63,873 nucleotides of DNA, from contig NC_069000.1 of the NCBI RefSeq assembly GCF_001194135.2, forward strand, positions 21,034,078 to 21,097,950, in the 5' to 3' direction. The notes below the pieces were generated by a model that was given only the letters and a program-made list of their open reading frames with translations, made no database searches and was not told the DNA's origin. Source of the DNA: Octopus bimaculoides. Taxonomy: Eukaryota. The position numbers were made by a program, and so were the translations under genes. Below, piece by piece: positions 23,926 to 37,234 of the stretch; the stretch's first letter is position 1; each line of letters begins with the position of its first letter.

Positions 23926-24399
23926 CAAACTGTAGGAAGAAAATAATATATACTGAGCTGTTACAACGAAACAACTACTTACGAGCAAGGTGTGATCCCA
24001 TTGAGAAAGGATTCTGAGTGTTCGCGAGTCAGCCCCTCTACTGAGGTTACAATGTGCTAGGCATCACAAGGACCCAGTAAACAGAAGATCATCAATTAGA
24101 CTATGGAGAAGGTAGAGATCGTTCCAAGGTTGTTACAAATCAGGTGTCAGCTAACTTAACGTAAGCTGGAGCCTGATCGACTGTGATTGGGTCACTTAGA
24201 TGAAGGTGTCTGACTGTTGAAAGACATGAAAGAACCCAATAACTCCAGATGACATCACTGACGGAATATCCAGGTGTGTGTATGTATGCATGTGTGTTTC
24301 TTTCTTTGAGTTTAATTTAGGTTCTTCTTGAGAGAGTTCAAGCCGGTTGCTAGCAAAGCAACAAGACTTTTTTTTAGTTAAGAGACTTCCCGGTGTTTG

Positions 24400-26157
24400 T
24401 AAACATGTGGTTGAATTGGTTGAATTGGTTGAATGTCTTACAAATTTCCATTGTGCCACTAATAGGTTGGATTTGGAGAATCCGCATCAGTTTCTTTTGC
24501 TCTTTTTCCGTGAAACCAAGTGTTTCTAGGTTTTTGTGCAAGTTTGTCGGTATATAACTTAATACGCCTATGATGATAGGTACAAATGAGAATTCATAGT
24601 CAGGGTGCAAGAGCTGTAAGTTCGACATTAATTTGCCATAAATTCTCTTGCTCTCTTTCACCACTACTTTTGGCTGTGCGTTCACATCTGCTGGGCAGCT
24701 GACCTCCATAACAGCGCATGACTTTTGTTCCTGTCCCATAGAATAATATCAGATCTGTTTTGTTTGCACCCAATTGATGTTTTTATTGGGGTGTTCCAGT
24801 AGTATTCCTTGTTTTTAAAGGTATGAATACTGCTGGTTCTGACATGACTTTGATGTATACATCAGGGCAGTCCTTCCAACGGATAACATTGTAAATAGTC
24901 TTTGCAACTATATCATGCCTCAGGGACAGGTAGTATCTCGTAGACATTTTGGGACAGCTTCCGATGATGTGAGTGATATTTTCCACACTGGTATAGCAGA
25001 ACCGACATTTTTTATCACAACGTGGAGGTTTGGTGATATCTTTGTCCCTTTTGTTTATCAGATATTTAATAACTATTGCCTGTTCCTGGATAGCGAAGGT
25101 ATCTTCTTGATGGGATGTAATGTATCTATCGCAGGTTCAGGAAAGGCTACTCTTCCTATCAATGCTGTTGTTACCCTCTAGCTTACGGTATATGTACCCA
25201 TGCATTACTTTTTGTTGGTATGGTGCCTGCTTCTCCTCCAACATTTTGTTTAGGTAGGTCAGTCAGCCTCCTTTGGGTCGCATGAGACAGTTGTATTCTC
25301 AGAGTAACGGCGCAGCAGTTCTCCAGATGTTGTTGCTCTCACTTTTGAGTATGCATGGAATGTACTAATTTTTCTCTTTACTGTGTTGTCTGAGTGATAC
25401 ATTGCGGCATTCAAAGGCTGTTTGGACTCACCTTACACCTCTACCGCCATCACTTCGTCTCACATAAATCCTATTATTGCCATAGTTAATGTGGAAGTTA
25501 CCAGCAGTGGTCAGTACTTTTCTGGTTTTTATGTCCAAGTTGTGTATCTCATCGAGTGTCCAGTCGAATATCTCAAATGTTGGCACTAGCACTGGTACTG
25601 CAAAAGCAGTGTGAGATATGGTCTTGTTAAATGCAGACAGCTCTGAGTTCTATATTTTCCAGAGTCTAAAGAAGTACTCTTTTGTTACTCTGGCCTCAGT
25701 CACCAAAGTATGCAACATTCTCATCGATTCCGAGGTATTTGTAGCTTTCATAATTAGAGATAGGGAAGATAGACAAGCCGTTAATATATATGTTCTCTGC
25801 CTGGTCGACAATCTTTCTTCGGTTGACTATCATGTCCAAACTCCATTCCTATATCTCGTAACTAGTTCTAATTGTCTATTGATTAGTTCTACTAGTTGTG
25901 ACTACTTCTAATTGCTTCTTGGTGTTGGTCATCTTACCAGAATATAATTTTAGGTCATCAGCAAAAAATGTGTGGGTAACATTAACTTTATTTTTTTCAT
26001 CATATCTCAGCATGTAGCCTTGACATTTTGTTAACAGTGCTGACAAAGGATTCAATGCCAGTACAAACAACATTACAGATAAACTATCACCCTGGAATAT
26101 AACCGTTGATTGCTTAATTCTGTTTGTAACAATGGGTGTTGCTTTAGTAGTTGACAA
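24400..26157 (-). mobile_element. 5'-truncated R4/Dong-like non-LTR retrotransposon (RT, CCHC, RLE)
   Basis: IFQGDSLSVMLFVLALNPLS and THTFFADDLKLY (RT). ENITHIIGSCPKMSTRYYLSLRHDIVAK (zinc knuckle). EVSCPAD...YGKL...VPIIIGVLS (restriction-like endonuclease). Ends in short TTCAACCA-type repeats. Confidence 0.88.
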
Positions 26158-26174
26158 TGATAACTGTATGGACC

Positions 26175-26207
<33 letters not shown>

Positions 26208-26391
26208 TTGTATGTATGTATGTATGTTCACTTTCCCCTTTTAATTTTAGAGTAAATCTTGACCGGCCACTTACATGCAGATTTTTAGAGTCCCATATAT
26301 CGTGATCATTTGTTTATATGAATTATGGATTTGTATTTTCTCCCCAAGTTCCCAAGTTCAGCCTGCTCATATATGTATGTATGTATGTATG

Positions 26392-26425
<34 letters not shown>

Positions 26426-26879
26426 TGTATGTATGTATCTCAGGTCGCCCAAAAGTACTACTGGTAACATGTGGTCCGCTACAACTTCAACATCTCTAAC
26501 GTCAATAGACCGAATGCATTATTAACATAGACAGGCAGGATCTTTACTTGATCTCTAAAATTTCCTTCATGGAACAATTAATAGTCTACTTAGTCAGAGA
26601 TTAAAACGTTTTGGTTCTTTGCTTCATAAACAAGGATAGAAGTCAACCAGAATGTAAAGGTTGTACCAATGTTTTTCTCAGATCACAGTACAATAGAACT
26701 AATAATATCTGTTCCACAGTATTATTATTGGGTATTGAAACAGAGCTCAAAGACCTGAACCTTATTCATCCGAAATTTCTACAAAGTAAATTGGAGCTGG
26801 ATTCAAAAAGAGACTCTGAAGCAAAATTGACCCGAAACTCTCTATGAAAGACAATGAAATAAAACGTCATAAAACTTTT

Positions 26880-28330
26880 TTAAGATATGTCAAAAACACA
26901 AGCCATATGCATTATATTTGTCCCAGAGACTGGAAAGTCCTCATGAAGCGTGAAATAAAGATCTTAAATGGCTTAAATAAACAACTTAAGGACAGCGAGG
27001 AATCACACCTAGAGAAGGATACTTTTTAGCAACAGAAGAGAAACTCGGACTCTCTCACGAAGGAGAAATTGAAGAAGGAAAAACCAGGGCTGTGGAAAAT
27101 ATATAAATGAGCCCGAAGGCTTTTTGTAAATTTGCAAGGGAATCAGCTTCGGTATATTACAAAATAAGGTTATTGTTCGAAGGAAGTAGCTCACTCACTG
27201 CAGAGCCCTAAAAGATAAATGAAATACTGAAGAAACAGTTCTAAAGTGTTTTCTCTTCTTCGCTGAGAGATATGCAAATAAGCCAGATGAATTCAAGAGA
27301 ACAGCCTTACATATGGAAGTCACAACCATCGATTTCATAAGCATAAAAAGAGAGAGATGCATTGCTAACTGTTGGTGAAATGAACTTAAACTCGGCTAAA
27401 GGCTTTAGTGGCATCCTAGCAGTTTTCTTAAAACCTTGCAAGAGGGCTCTGACAAAACCGTGGTAAACTTCTCAGTAAGTTCAAATAAATTATAATAAAC
27501 CACATCCTTAAAGGAGGAAGCAGAGCAGATGCTTAAAACTACAAACTTATCTCTCTGGTCTCACCCATCAGTGAAATCCTGCAACGGCTTGTCAAGCAGA
27601 AGCTGATTACGTTCGTTGAAGACTTGATCACTAACACATGGCACAGATTCATCAAGAGAAGAGCTGTTTCACACAGCTCCTACTGCATCAAACATGAAAT
27701 ATGTGTCGATTTTGCGAAGGCTTTCGATAAAATTGATCATAGAATTTAGGCGTATTTTGCATGAAGACCTGCATTTCCACTCGTACAAATTGGTCATTGG
27801 GCAACAGCTTAAACCATGGAACTAAGCACAGAGTAATGCTGGAGAGAGTGGAAGCCAACTTCCAAGAACGCCTTCAGAAATGCATCAATGAAAACGGACA
27901 TCACATGATGGATGTTGTGTTCCACACTTAATTATGACAAATGCTAATTCAATACAAATACATTGATATCAATAAAATTTGTTTGCAGCTAAAATTAATA
28001 ATTTTATGAATTTTTCAAAAACGTCCGTCCTCTCTGCCCCATCCTGTATTAGAGAAGATCCTGGATTATCTAGCGCCAAACTTTAAAATAGAAAGCCTGG
28101 GTGTCACTACATAATACCAAAAATCTAGCCCTCTTCCCCTAGAGTAAGGATACGACACTGTAACAGCTTAGAGTTTAGAGGCCCACGACTTCTTCAATAC
28201 TTAAACTAAAAACCGAAGAAATATGCGAGGTATAGATGAAGACGTATTCAAAAAATACTTCTTTATATCTGGAGTCCCAGACGAACCTATATCACGCAAC
28301 AAACACAAACGAGGAAAGCACAACCCAATT
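26880..28330 (+). mobile_element. Degenerate CR1/L2-type LINE (RT and C-terminus)
   Basis: Fragments NEILKKQF.SVFS, SAKG.SGI.AVFLK.CK.AL.KP, DFAKAFDKIDH and, beyond the nested mariner piece, CNSLEFRGP and GVPDEP. Confidence 0.7.
27750..28046 (+). mobile_element. Tc1/mariner fragment inserted in a CR1-like LINE
   Basis: ILHEDLHFHSYKLVIGQQLKP and VMLERVEANFQERLQKCINENGHHMMDVVF*, ending in a TIR-like CTGCCCCATCCTG followed by TA. Confidence 0.7.
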
Positions 28331-29441
28331 AACTGGTCCCTTTATGCTGATCCCCACCAGCATGAAAAGCAAAATAGACGTTTGTATAATTTGAACTCAT
28401 AAGTCAAAGTGCCATAACTGTATATAATAATAAGAGTAGCAAAAATATGGACCTTGGACACAACTATTTGCTCCTAATTTTTTGTAGAATATCAACGGTA
28501 AATAAAACAATATTAAGACAAGCGAAATCAACTCTGACATGACCCGACCTTACAATGTTATACAAGACACCCACTTCCTCGAAAATCTTTATAAGAGAAG
28601 AAACAAACTGATGCGACTAAACTGGCAATTTGTAATATTAAAGTTAAAACATACACTTCTTATTTTCGTACATAAATTCTTATATATTCATATAACAGAT
28701 TGCAAAAATTCCTGGTTTGTTTCAAAAAATAAAATCATCCAAATTGAAGGTCGATGGTGTACTTAAAGTTGACAGACATGATTTGAAGTGGTAAAATGAA
28801 AAAAAAAATAACAAAGGTGGTTAAAATTCAAATTGCCTAATTAGACAAAGCAACCTCGAGCAAGAAGAAAGAATAGTTTTACAGACTTGTCCAGAGAAAG
28901 AGACTCACATCATACCACATTTAGCAGACAATACACTCTGTACCATGTAACCTTATGAAAAGAGTTTACAACGCACAGTGTATCAAGTGATCTTGTATAA
29001 AGAACAAGTGACACGTGACCAACAGACAAGTATTTAAATTGTTACATGTAACATTATGATACCAAAAGTTATGATTTCAAGATTGTGAGATATATATATC
29101 AGATACGCAATATTAAATATGTGTCGGATAAAATGAAAATATGAAAGAGATTGCAGAGATTGTATTTCTTCATCACTATAGTAGTATTAAAATAGTTTGA
29201 GTACCAAAAGAAAATTAATAAATGTTTGCTTTTACTTAGACTGAACTGTTGTTATTTTCGACTATGCAGAAAAACAGATGTTGCATAGAAAAGAGAATAG
29301 GCACTTGAATCGTCAGATTTTATTGTTAGCGTTCATTTAATTCATCTTTGAGGATTAAATGAATCAGTTCATAGGTCTGAAGTAAGTTCTATAATATATC
29401 AATTTGGTCTGATACTTTCACATTGTCTCCAACAAGTGTTG

Positions 29442-29645
29442 GTTTCAAATTTTGGTACAAGGCCAGCAATTTCTGGGCTGTAGGATATTGACCTCAGTGA
29501 TCATCTGGTACTTATTTTATCGATCCCGATAGGATGAAAGTCAAAGTCGACATCGACAGAATTTAAACTCAGAACGTAAAGGCGGACGAAATGCCGCTGA
29601 GCATTTTACCCGGGGTGCGAACGATTCGGCCAGCTTTCCGCCTTA
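29442..29645 (-). mobile_element. SINE family A
   Basis: Full-length match from GGTTTCAAATTTTGGTACAAGGCC to CCGCCTT. Confidence 0.87.
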
Positions 29646-29769
29646 CCTTCAACAAATATTGAAAACAAAGTACACATAATAGTCATTAGTTACACACATC
29701 ATACACCAGCCTTACTATTTAATCCATGCGTATCGGAAAAATTATTGGTAATACCGTATATATTTGATT

Positions 29770-30143
29770 GAATTCTTCCCATTGTATCAACGCAATATTT
29801 TTAAGATCACTTACAAGGACAGAATAACAAACTTTGAAGTCCTGAGAAGAATAACTGCCCAGCCTGCAGAGATTGTGGCGGAAAGAAAAGACTGGTTGGT
29901 CATGTTTTCCATCTACCAGAAGGACGAATATCCAAAACAGCTATACAATGGGTACCACCAAATGGACGATGAAACAGAGTGAGACCAAAGAAGACATGAC
30001 ACGCCAACTTTCAAAGAAAGACCTGAAGCAACTTAACACCACCTGGGAAGACGCAAGCGACAATACTCAAAAGCGGAATTAATGGAGACATCTTGCTGCC
30101 CAATGTACCAACCAGCTGTACAGGCAGAACTAAGGCTAAGACT
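29770..30143 (+). mobile_element. RTE-type LINE 3' end
   Basis: IFKITYKDRITNFEVLRRI and TTWEDA, followed by an (ACTAAG)-like tandem tail. Confidence 0.7.
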
Positions 30144-30629
30144 AAAACCGTATTTTCAAGTTCAAATAGTGGACTGTTTTTTTTCAAATTTAGAAGCACC
30201 ATAAATTTTTGAGAACAACGCATTGATAGTAAACAGAAAACTTAGATTATTAATCTTTTCATTTAATCCAAAGTTATTCTAAATCTTAAAAATCAGTTAT
30301 GACCAAGACAACAGATGACCATCAGTATATTATTAAATTTAACCCAATCCTTCAAATAGTTTCCCTGTTAGTAATAATAACTGAAAATCAACTTGTAACA
30401 AACAGGTGAATAGGATAGAATATAGTTTTATCGCAAAAAAAATGAATTATGAGGAAAACTTTAATTTATACGAGGTGTACGTTTGTTGTTCAACCATTAC
30501 AGGGGAGACAATCGCTTCTACATTACGTTAACCCATTCAAAGCAATTCAACGACGGAATGTTATAAATTTTTTTACATTATCTTAGCTGCTAAGGACTCT
30601 TCAATAATAGTTTTCCAGTCATCCCAGTT

Positions 30630-31000
30630 GCGTTGGACAGAGACCAGTACCACCTCGCCTGCCTCCGTTCCGCTTCGCAACCAAACAGTGCCGTGTGGCT
30701 CAATTCGGTGCAAACCCCGTGTATCTCTGCCCCTAACGCAGAGGAGAGAAAAATAAATAAATACAGGGGCTTGACTGGCCCTCTCAGTTTGTGTCGGTCA
30801 CTGTCGAGACGTCAGGTGTTCTAGGACCCCGCGGTGAGCCGTCTGAGAAATGAGCCCTACGTGGTGGACTGGCTACTGCAGCGAGTGTCGCTGACCATTC
30901 TCTGCGGTAACGTCATCGCGAACATGACTGCAAGGCGCAACTAGACACGCCATTTGGTCTGGGTATGCGGCCCGTTGCTCCTTCCCCTTCCATCTTTTGC
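30630..31000 (+). mobile_element. CRE-like non-LTR retrotransposon 3' remnant
   Basis: LRSASQPNSAVWLNSV, VTVETSGVLGP and LQRVSLTIL.GN, matching CRE-clade S.AWL, VET.G..GP and QRxS.A.QRGNA motifs. Confidence 0.6.
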
Positions 31001-31288
31001 TACTTAATTCCACCCTTTTCATCCCCTTTTTCTGGGGTTTTTTCCCCTCGTAGTTAAAATATGACCGATGGTTACAGAAAGAATATTTTTCTCCTGTTAT
31101 ATTGCTTATTTTAATGGTATATTTGAAGAATACTTGTAAATATTTAACAAAAAAAACACAATAATATTTTTATTAAATTTAATATATCTATCTCCAAAAT
31201 GGGATATTAGAGTTCAGATTTGAAAATTTGAAATTCACATCAAAATGTAAAAAGGATGTAGAAATCACATACACACACACACACACAC

Positions 31289-31321
<33 letters not shown>

Positions 31322-31617
31322 NNNNNNNNNNNNNNNNNNNNNNNNNNNNNNNNNNNNNNNNNNNNNNNNNNNNNNNNNNNNNNNNNNNNNNNNNNNNNNN
31401 NNNNNNNNNNNNNNNNNNNNNNNNNNNNNNNNNNNNNNNNNNNNNNNNNNNNNNNNNNNNNNNNNNNNNNNNNNNNNNNNNNNNNNNNNNNNNNNNNNNN
31501 NNNNNNNNNNNNNNNNNNNNNNNNNNNNNNNNNNNNNNNNNNNNNNNNNNNNNNNNNNNNNNNNNNNNNNNNNNNNNNNNNNNNNNNNNNNNNNNNNNNN
31601 NNNNNNNNNNNNNNNNN

Positions 31618-31667
<50 letters not shown>

Positions 31668-32298
31668 GTATGTATATATGTATGTATGTATGTATATGAA
31701 GGAGACATTCTCTGGAAATGAATCCTAAGATTCATTTCTTATTTGGACGAATGAACTCCAGAAACGATTCTTAGAATATTTTATTTTCTTCTGTAACTCA
31801 AAACTCTTTTTAATGCCTATTATTTTTTTTCTCAATACCATATTTTAATTTTAAAAAACAACGTTCTTTATCCATATACCACTATTATTATGTTTATAAG
31901 TCCATGTATATTTTTAGTATTCATATATTTTTTATATTTTTATATCTCTAATATATCAAAAAAATGTTTCTGCTTGGACAATTCTTAGTTTTATCTTAAT
32001 TAAACCCATATATTTATAGGTGTTAACCGTAGTTTGCCTGATTTGAACTTTTTCTATTGTATCCATTATATTTATCTAACGCCTCAGGTTCGACTTGAGT
32101 ACTTCTACGCTATGTGTTTCGAAAGAAAATTATAACTATATATATATATATATATATATAAGGTATACGTTAGAGGTGTTAAGCCCTCTAAAGGACAGAA
32201 GTATCCAGAAGCACTCCTGGTAATTACCTCAGCAAGTATGGTCCTTGGTATAAGGTATACGGCAGCAGGTAATTTAAGAGGTAAACCGTAGTATAATG

Positions 32299-32458
32299 TA
32301 TATATAGACGATAAGAAAACAGAGGAAAAACAACAAATAGAAGTGTGTCTGTGGTGCTAAATAGCCATTATTTAATTAATTAAGCAACGGCTTTTAAACA
32401 CCACAGACACACTTCTATTCGTTGTTTTTCCTACATTTTCTTATCATCTATATATATA
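32299..32458. repeat. 160-bp imperfect palindrome
   Basis: GATAAGAAAAC...AATAGAAGTGTGTCTGTGGTG...GCC versus GGC...CACCACAGACACACTTCTATT...TTTTCTTATC. Loop about 20 nt. Confidence 0.9.
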
Positions 32459-32705
32459 GAGGGTTAACAAGAGTTAACTAGTGAAACAGAGACAGGCAGA
32501 AACAAGAAAATGCCCCTGTTATTTGAATACTATACAAATATGTCTTTAAAAAGACTTTTCTTTTAAATTTACCAAAATTTAATTTTTCAATAATTTTTCA
32601 AAAATTTATCATTCATATTCACTGTTGAAAAGATCTCAAGGATCGAAACTGGTTCTGTAATGTTCTTTATAAAAGTATTTTAGCATTTTCTACTTTGTCT
32701 TTTTT

Positions 32706-32786
<81 letters not shown>

Positions 32787-32910
32787 TTCAAGACATTTAT
32801 TAAGTTCTTAAAGTTGTTGGTAGCCATGTATAGCACTATTTCATCCTTCTTTGGTTTTTATGAAGTTAAATGTGAATTTAAGTTTGACTGTTACTAATTT
32901 TACCAGTATT

Positions 32911-33130
32911 AAGGCAGCAAGCTGGCTGAATTGTTAACATACCGAGCAAAATGCTTAGCAGCATTTCGTCCGTCTTCACGTTCTGAAATCAAATTCCGCT
33001 GGGGTCGACTTTGCTTTTTATCCTTTCGGTATATCCTTTCTCTAAAATAAGTACCAGTTGATCACTAGGGTGGATATAATCGATTTACCTTCTCCCTCGA
33101 ACTTGCTGGTCTTGTGCCAAAATTTGAAAC
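32911..33130 (+). mobile_element. SINE family A
   Basis: AAGGCAGCAAGCTGGCTGAATTG head through GTGCCAAAATTTGAAAC tail. Confidence 0.87.
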
Positions 33131-34520
33131 TCTTATTTTTTAGCAGTATCAACTGACCCCATAATTTACTTTTTACGTTTGAAATTGTTCTTCAGTCATA
33201 ACAGGCATTGCTCTATCTCAACGCTACCATTAAAGATTTTCTAGCCATGACCAGTCTTTTATTTTCTAGCCATGACAGTCTTTTATTTTTGGTATTGTGC
33301 ATCTAGAACTACTTTATCCAGTTTTAAGACAGTAGGAGGTAATTTAAGGGTGATTTGGTTCCTGTTTCAAACAGGCTGGGCTTCATAGAAACTCTCACGG
33401 GAGATCGAATAATTGTTGAATATCCATACGATACCAGAGAGCATTTAGTGTTTGCATCTCTTTCTATGTAACTTATTCTAACATAATTACATAATTACAA
33501 ATAAGTTAGGAGAATGGAATATAAAAGCCAGATATTTTGTTTATACTTATTACAAATCCTCATTATGTTAATCAATAGAATACTGTCATACCTCAATACT
33601 GTTCGGCTTTAGGTCGTTTTATAAAGAAATTAATGGAACGAATAGATTTTAACATCACTCGATTTATCCGACTTTAACGAACATTTAAAAGCATAAAAAA
33701 CATTTGTTTAACCCTAAACACCAATGCTGAAAGGGTAAAGAATAAGATAAAATACACGAGAAAATATGTACAAAGCATTTATTAAAACAATGTAATTTAA
33801 TAATTTTTTTTAATGTCTTTTGTGTTACGTCGTTTTTCGAGTTAAGTCGCATGTCTTGAAACCAGTTACCGACATAGGTGAGGTGTGCTTTTATTTAATA
33901 AATTTTGGGCCAATTTTACAACCGTAAATCACGAAAAATATAAATATTGAAGATAGTGCTTGGCAGAATATTAAAGGAGTAGCAATATTTCAATACACTT
34001 TCTGTCATGAACAAAAGTAAGGCAATTATTTGTTCACATACACACATACACACTGTTCTCTCCTTTTCCTTTTCCTTTTCGTTAAATGCATCGAGACGAC
34101 GTGCGTATAAAGGGAAGTAATCACGAGCTACATAATATAGAGTGACATTAAAAATATTTCAGATCAACTTACGAATATTATCTTTCTTGTCTTTTTGTGT
34201 TTACAGTCTAAGATTATAATTTAAACGTAAACATTTTCATTAAAGCGAGTTGCAGATAGATTGTGCTTAACATGATTAATTAAATAAAAGAAATAACACA
34301 ATATTGATATTTTTTCACTTAATTCCATAAAAGTTATTTCCCTTATTTTTTATGTGTATTTTTGGATGAGGACGCATGAGAAAAGATAAGCACCTACAAT
34401 TTATTTGAGAATTTCATATTCGTAAATCCACAACTCCCAGCAAATATAATAAATAAACCTTTAGAGTGAGAGTTGGAATCGGAGCTAGAAATGGTTAAAT
34501 GAAATAAAACTGATGAGAAC

Positions 34521-35830
34521 TACGAGGGTCGGTTGAGAAGTTCATAATTTGACCAAGATACTCTCATAGAATGTGACCAAACCAAGTTTATTTTTCAACA
34601 TAGTCCCCCCTTGCAGTCCACACACTTCGTGTTGGTGTTGTAGTGCTTGGTCCCATTAGTGAAGAAGCTTTCACCTTGTAGGTCAAAAAATTCATCAACA
34701 GCAAATATGACGTCATCATCACTGCGATACTAGTTCCCAGCCAAGTGGGATTTTTTTTGTTGTTATTTTTTTTCTTCTTTTTTCATGTAGGTGAACAGAT
34801 GATAGTCAGATAGGGCCAAATCAGGAGAATAGGGAGTGTTATCAACCAGTTCAAAGACAGTAACACACAGCAGCCATTAAAAGCAAGAACTTGTATGCTG
34901 GAACATTGTCCTGATGAAACAAGACACCACTCTTCAGGTTTCCTGAGGTTTTGGTCCTGATAGCCTTTCGTAACAGCCTAGCAAGTTGGAATCGTACTCT
35001 CTATTGATGGTGTGGTCGTTTGAAGATGGTCAATAAACACAACTTTTGCATCCGCCAAAAACTAAGGCCGTCACCTTCCCTGAAAATGAAACGACCTTCT
35101 TTTGAATAATTGAGGAGGAGCGTTTCCGCTGCATGGATTGTTTCTTTGTCTCTGGCTGAAAGTGATCAATCCAACACTCGTTCTGGTTTGAACTCAGTTG
35201 GATCTGCCTCAAACAATGTCAGATTTTGTCGTGTCGTGATCAGCTTGGTGCGCTTTTGATCAGGTGTCAGAAGATGTGGCACCCACAGAGCAGAAACCTT
35301 CGTCATTCCAAGCCATTGCGCAAAATATTCTCAACTTTCTAACGGGATATGCTAGCAGCATTGGCTATTTGATTTATAGTCAATCGCCTGTCATCCATCA
35401 CCATGGGTGAACACAATCAATGTTTTCCTCGGTGATGGCGGTTGCAACACGTCCAAACCTGGGGTCGTCTTCAAGGATTTCCCTTCACCTCCAAAATTCA
35501 GCTACCCACTTTCGCACTGTTGATAAAGCTGGAGCATCATCTTCTAATATAGCAACCATCTCAGTATGAATGCCCTTGGATGGGGAGTGGGCTAAACCCT
35601 TACTCTGCGGGTACTTGATAACACCACGATGCTAAAGTTTGCCCATTTTCACGAGAAGTCGCTGCTAGTTACATTTGAAGTCTTCTTCGAACAGGCAGAT
35701 GTCAGTTTACTTGGAAAGAAACAATGAAGCATTTAATAATAAGAAAAGTTGAAATTAATGCGTGGAAGATTTCACAGTTCTAATATCACTCCTTCATAGT
35801 CTACCCATGAACTATTCTTGTACAGCATCG
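34521..35830 (-). mobile_element. Heavily decayed mariner element
   Basis: Begins with mariner-type TIR TACGAGGGTCGGTTGAGAAGTTCAT. The minus strand encodes the typical GDYVEK* C-terminus near 34590. A degenerate right TIR lies near 35810-35830 and the length is about 1.3 kb. Confidence 0.75.
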
Positions 35831-36287
35831 CGGTACCAGTTTGTTTTACTTGCATCACGCAAGTAATTTTGGGTTGTGTGTAGTTCATGATATACTTACA
35901 CATGGAGGCAATACTATACAAAATGTCTAATGTTGACTATAACAAAAGAAGGAATCAACAGCTACAATATCAGCCCGGTATTGTATTATTAATAAATTCA
36001 CCAAAAGATTTTTTTATTTTATCTTGAAGTAAAACTGCCTAAAATATGAAACGTTCGCCATTTGCAATAAAGTTAGTGCTGATTTCTTTTTGAATAAATT
36101 ACATTACATAAAGAAAATAGAGCAACAACAAAATAATAGATATTGTATAAAAACCGAAATAACATAATTATTTCATTATGTATTTTTTTTTTTTTATCAT
36201 CACTTACAATGGAACGAATTCCTTTGTGGTTTGCTAGTCAAATATTTTTTCTAGATCGTTACGAATAACTTGTTTCATTTCTATCTA

Positions 36288-36290
<3 letters not shown>

Positions 36291-36370
<80 letters not shown>

Positions 36371-36390
36371 CTATCTATCTATCTATCTAT
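36291..36390. repeat. (GT)n followed by (CTAT)n
   Basis: Direct observation. Confidence 0.95.
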
Positions 36391-36689
36391 AAATCAAAAG
36401 GGAGGAGGAATAGGGAGACGAAGGGAACACACTCCAACGTCCAATAAAGCTAACTCTTGTTGAAATATTTCTTTTCCTCCTCCTATATCTCCGCCCCGGC
36501 AACTTCATATCTTGGGACCTGCCCATGTTTTACAGCAGTAGTTCTTAACCTTACCGACTCACAAGAGGTAATAAATGTCACGATTTCCACAGGGTTGTGC
36601 TATGGGATGGCACAATGAGTGTTTTGAACAATCATGATATTTCTGAGGAATAAAATATTTAATCGCTGTACAATACCTATATTTTCAAA

Positions 36690-36870
36690 ACATTTTACAA
36701 TGCCATCCGCAAAAAAAGACTGTCCTGAAATAAACTTAGAAAATCCCTGTTATGGAATACATTCATAAGCACCAACTCAAGGAATGCTGATGGAATGTTC
36801 CCATCAAACTTCTGTAATCATAACAGGCCAAATGTTGTTGTTTGGGACAGAGGTCAGCTGAATGGCAGAT
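36690..36870 (+). mobile_element. Short R4-like LINE fragment
   Basis: YNAIRKKDCPEIN and HNRPNVVVWDR parallel the IYNVIRWKDCPDV segment of the 24.4-26.2 kb element and the HNRPDIVVWD RLE motif. Confidence 0.55.
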
Positions 36871-37202
36871 ATAATGGACTTCATTGACTTACATCTGTTT
36901 CTGCTGTAAGATGTAATGCACTCATATTTGAGTGCTTGTGCATCACTTCGTAGATTCCTTGTCGGAGCGTCGAAAAACAAGTGTGATTTCATTTGGGTAA
37001 GCATTTATATGAATGGAAAACATCTCCAAAACGCAGAACCGAATTGTAAGCTAACCAAGTTCATGACAGACTTTGTTGTTCCTTTGCCATTTATATACTC
37101 TTTTATCAAGGTCTGTGCTCGACCAACGCTTTTCTCTGAAGCATATGTATAGTGAGTTCTAACACCAGGTTATTAGAATTATTAAGCTTAATCGAAATAT
37201 TA

Positions 37203-37234
<32 letters not shown>

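Noticed and set aside
32170-32230. Additional hammerhead-like remnants near 32080-32230
   Set aside because: The core nucleotides are not present; the resemblance is too weak.
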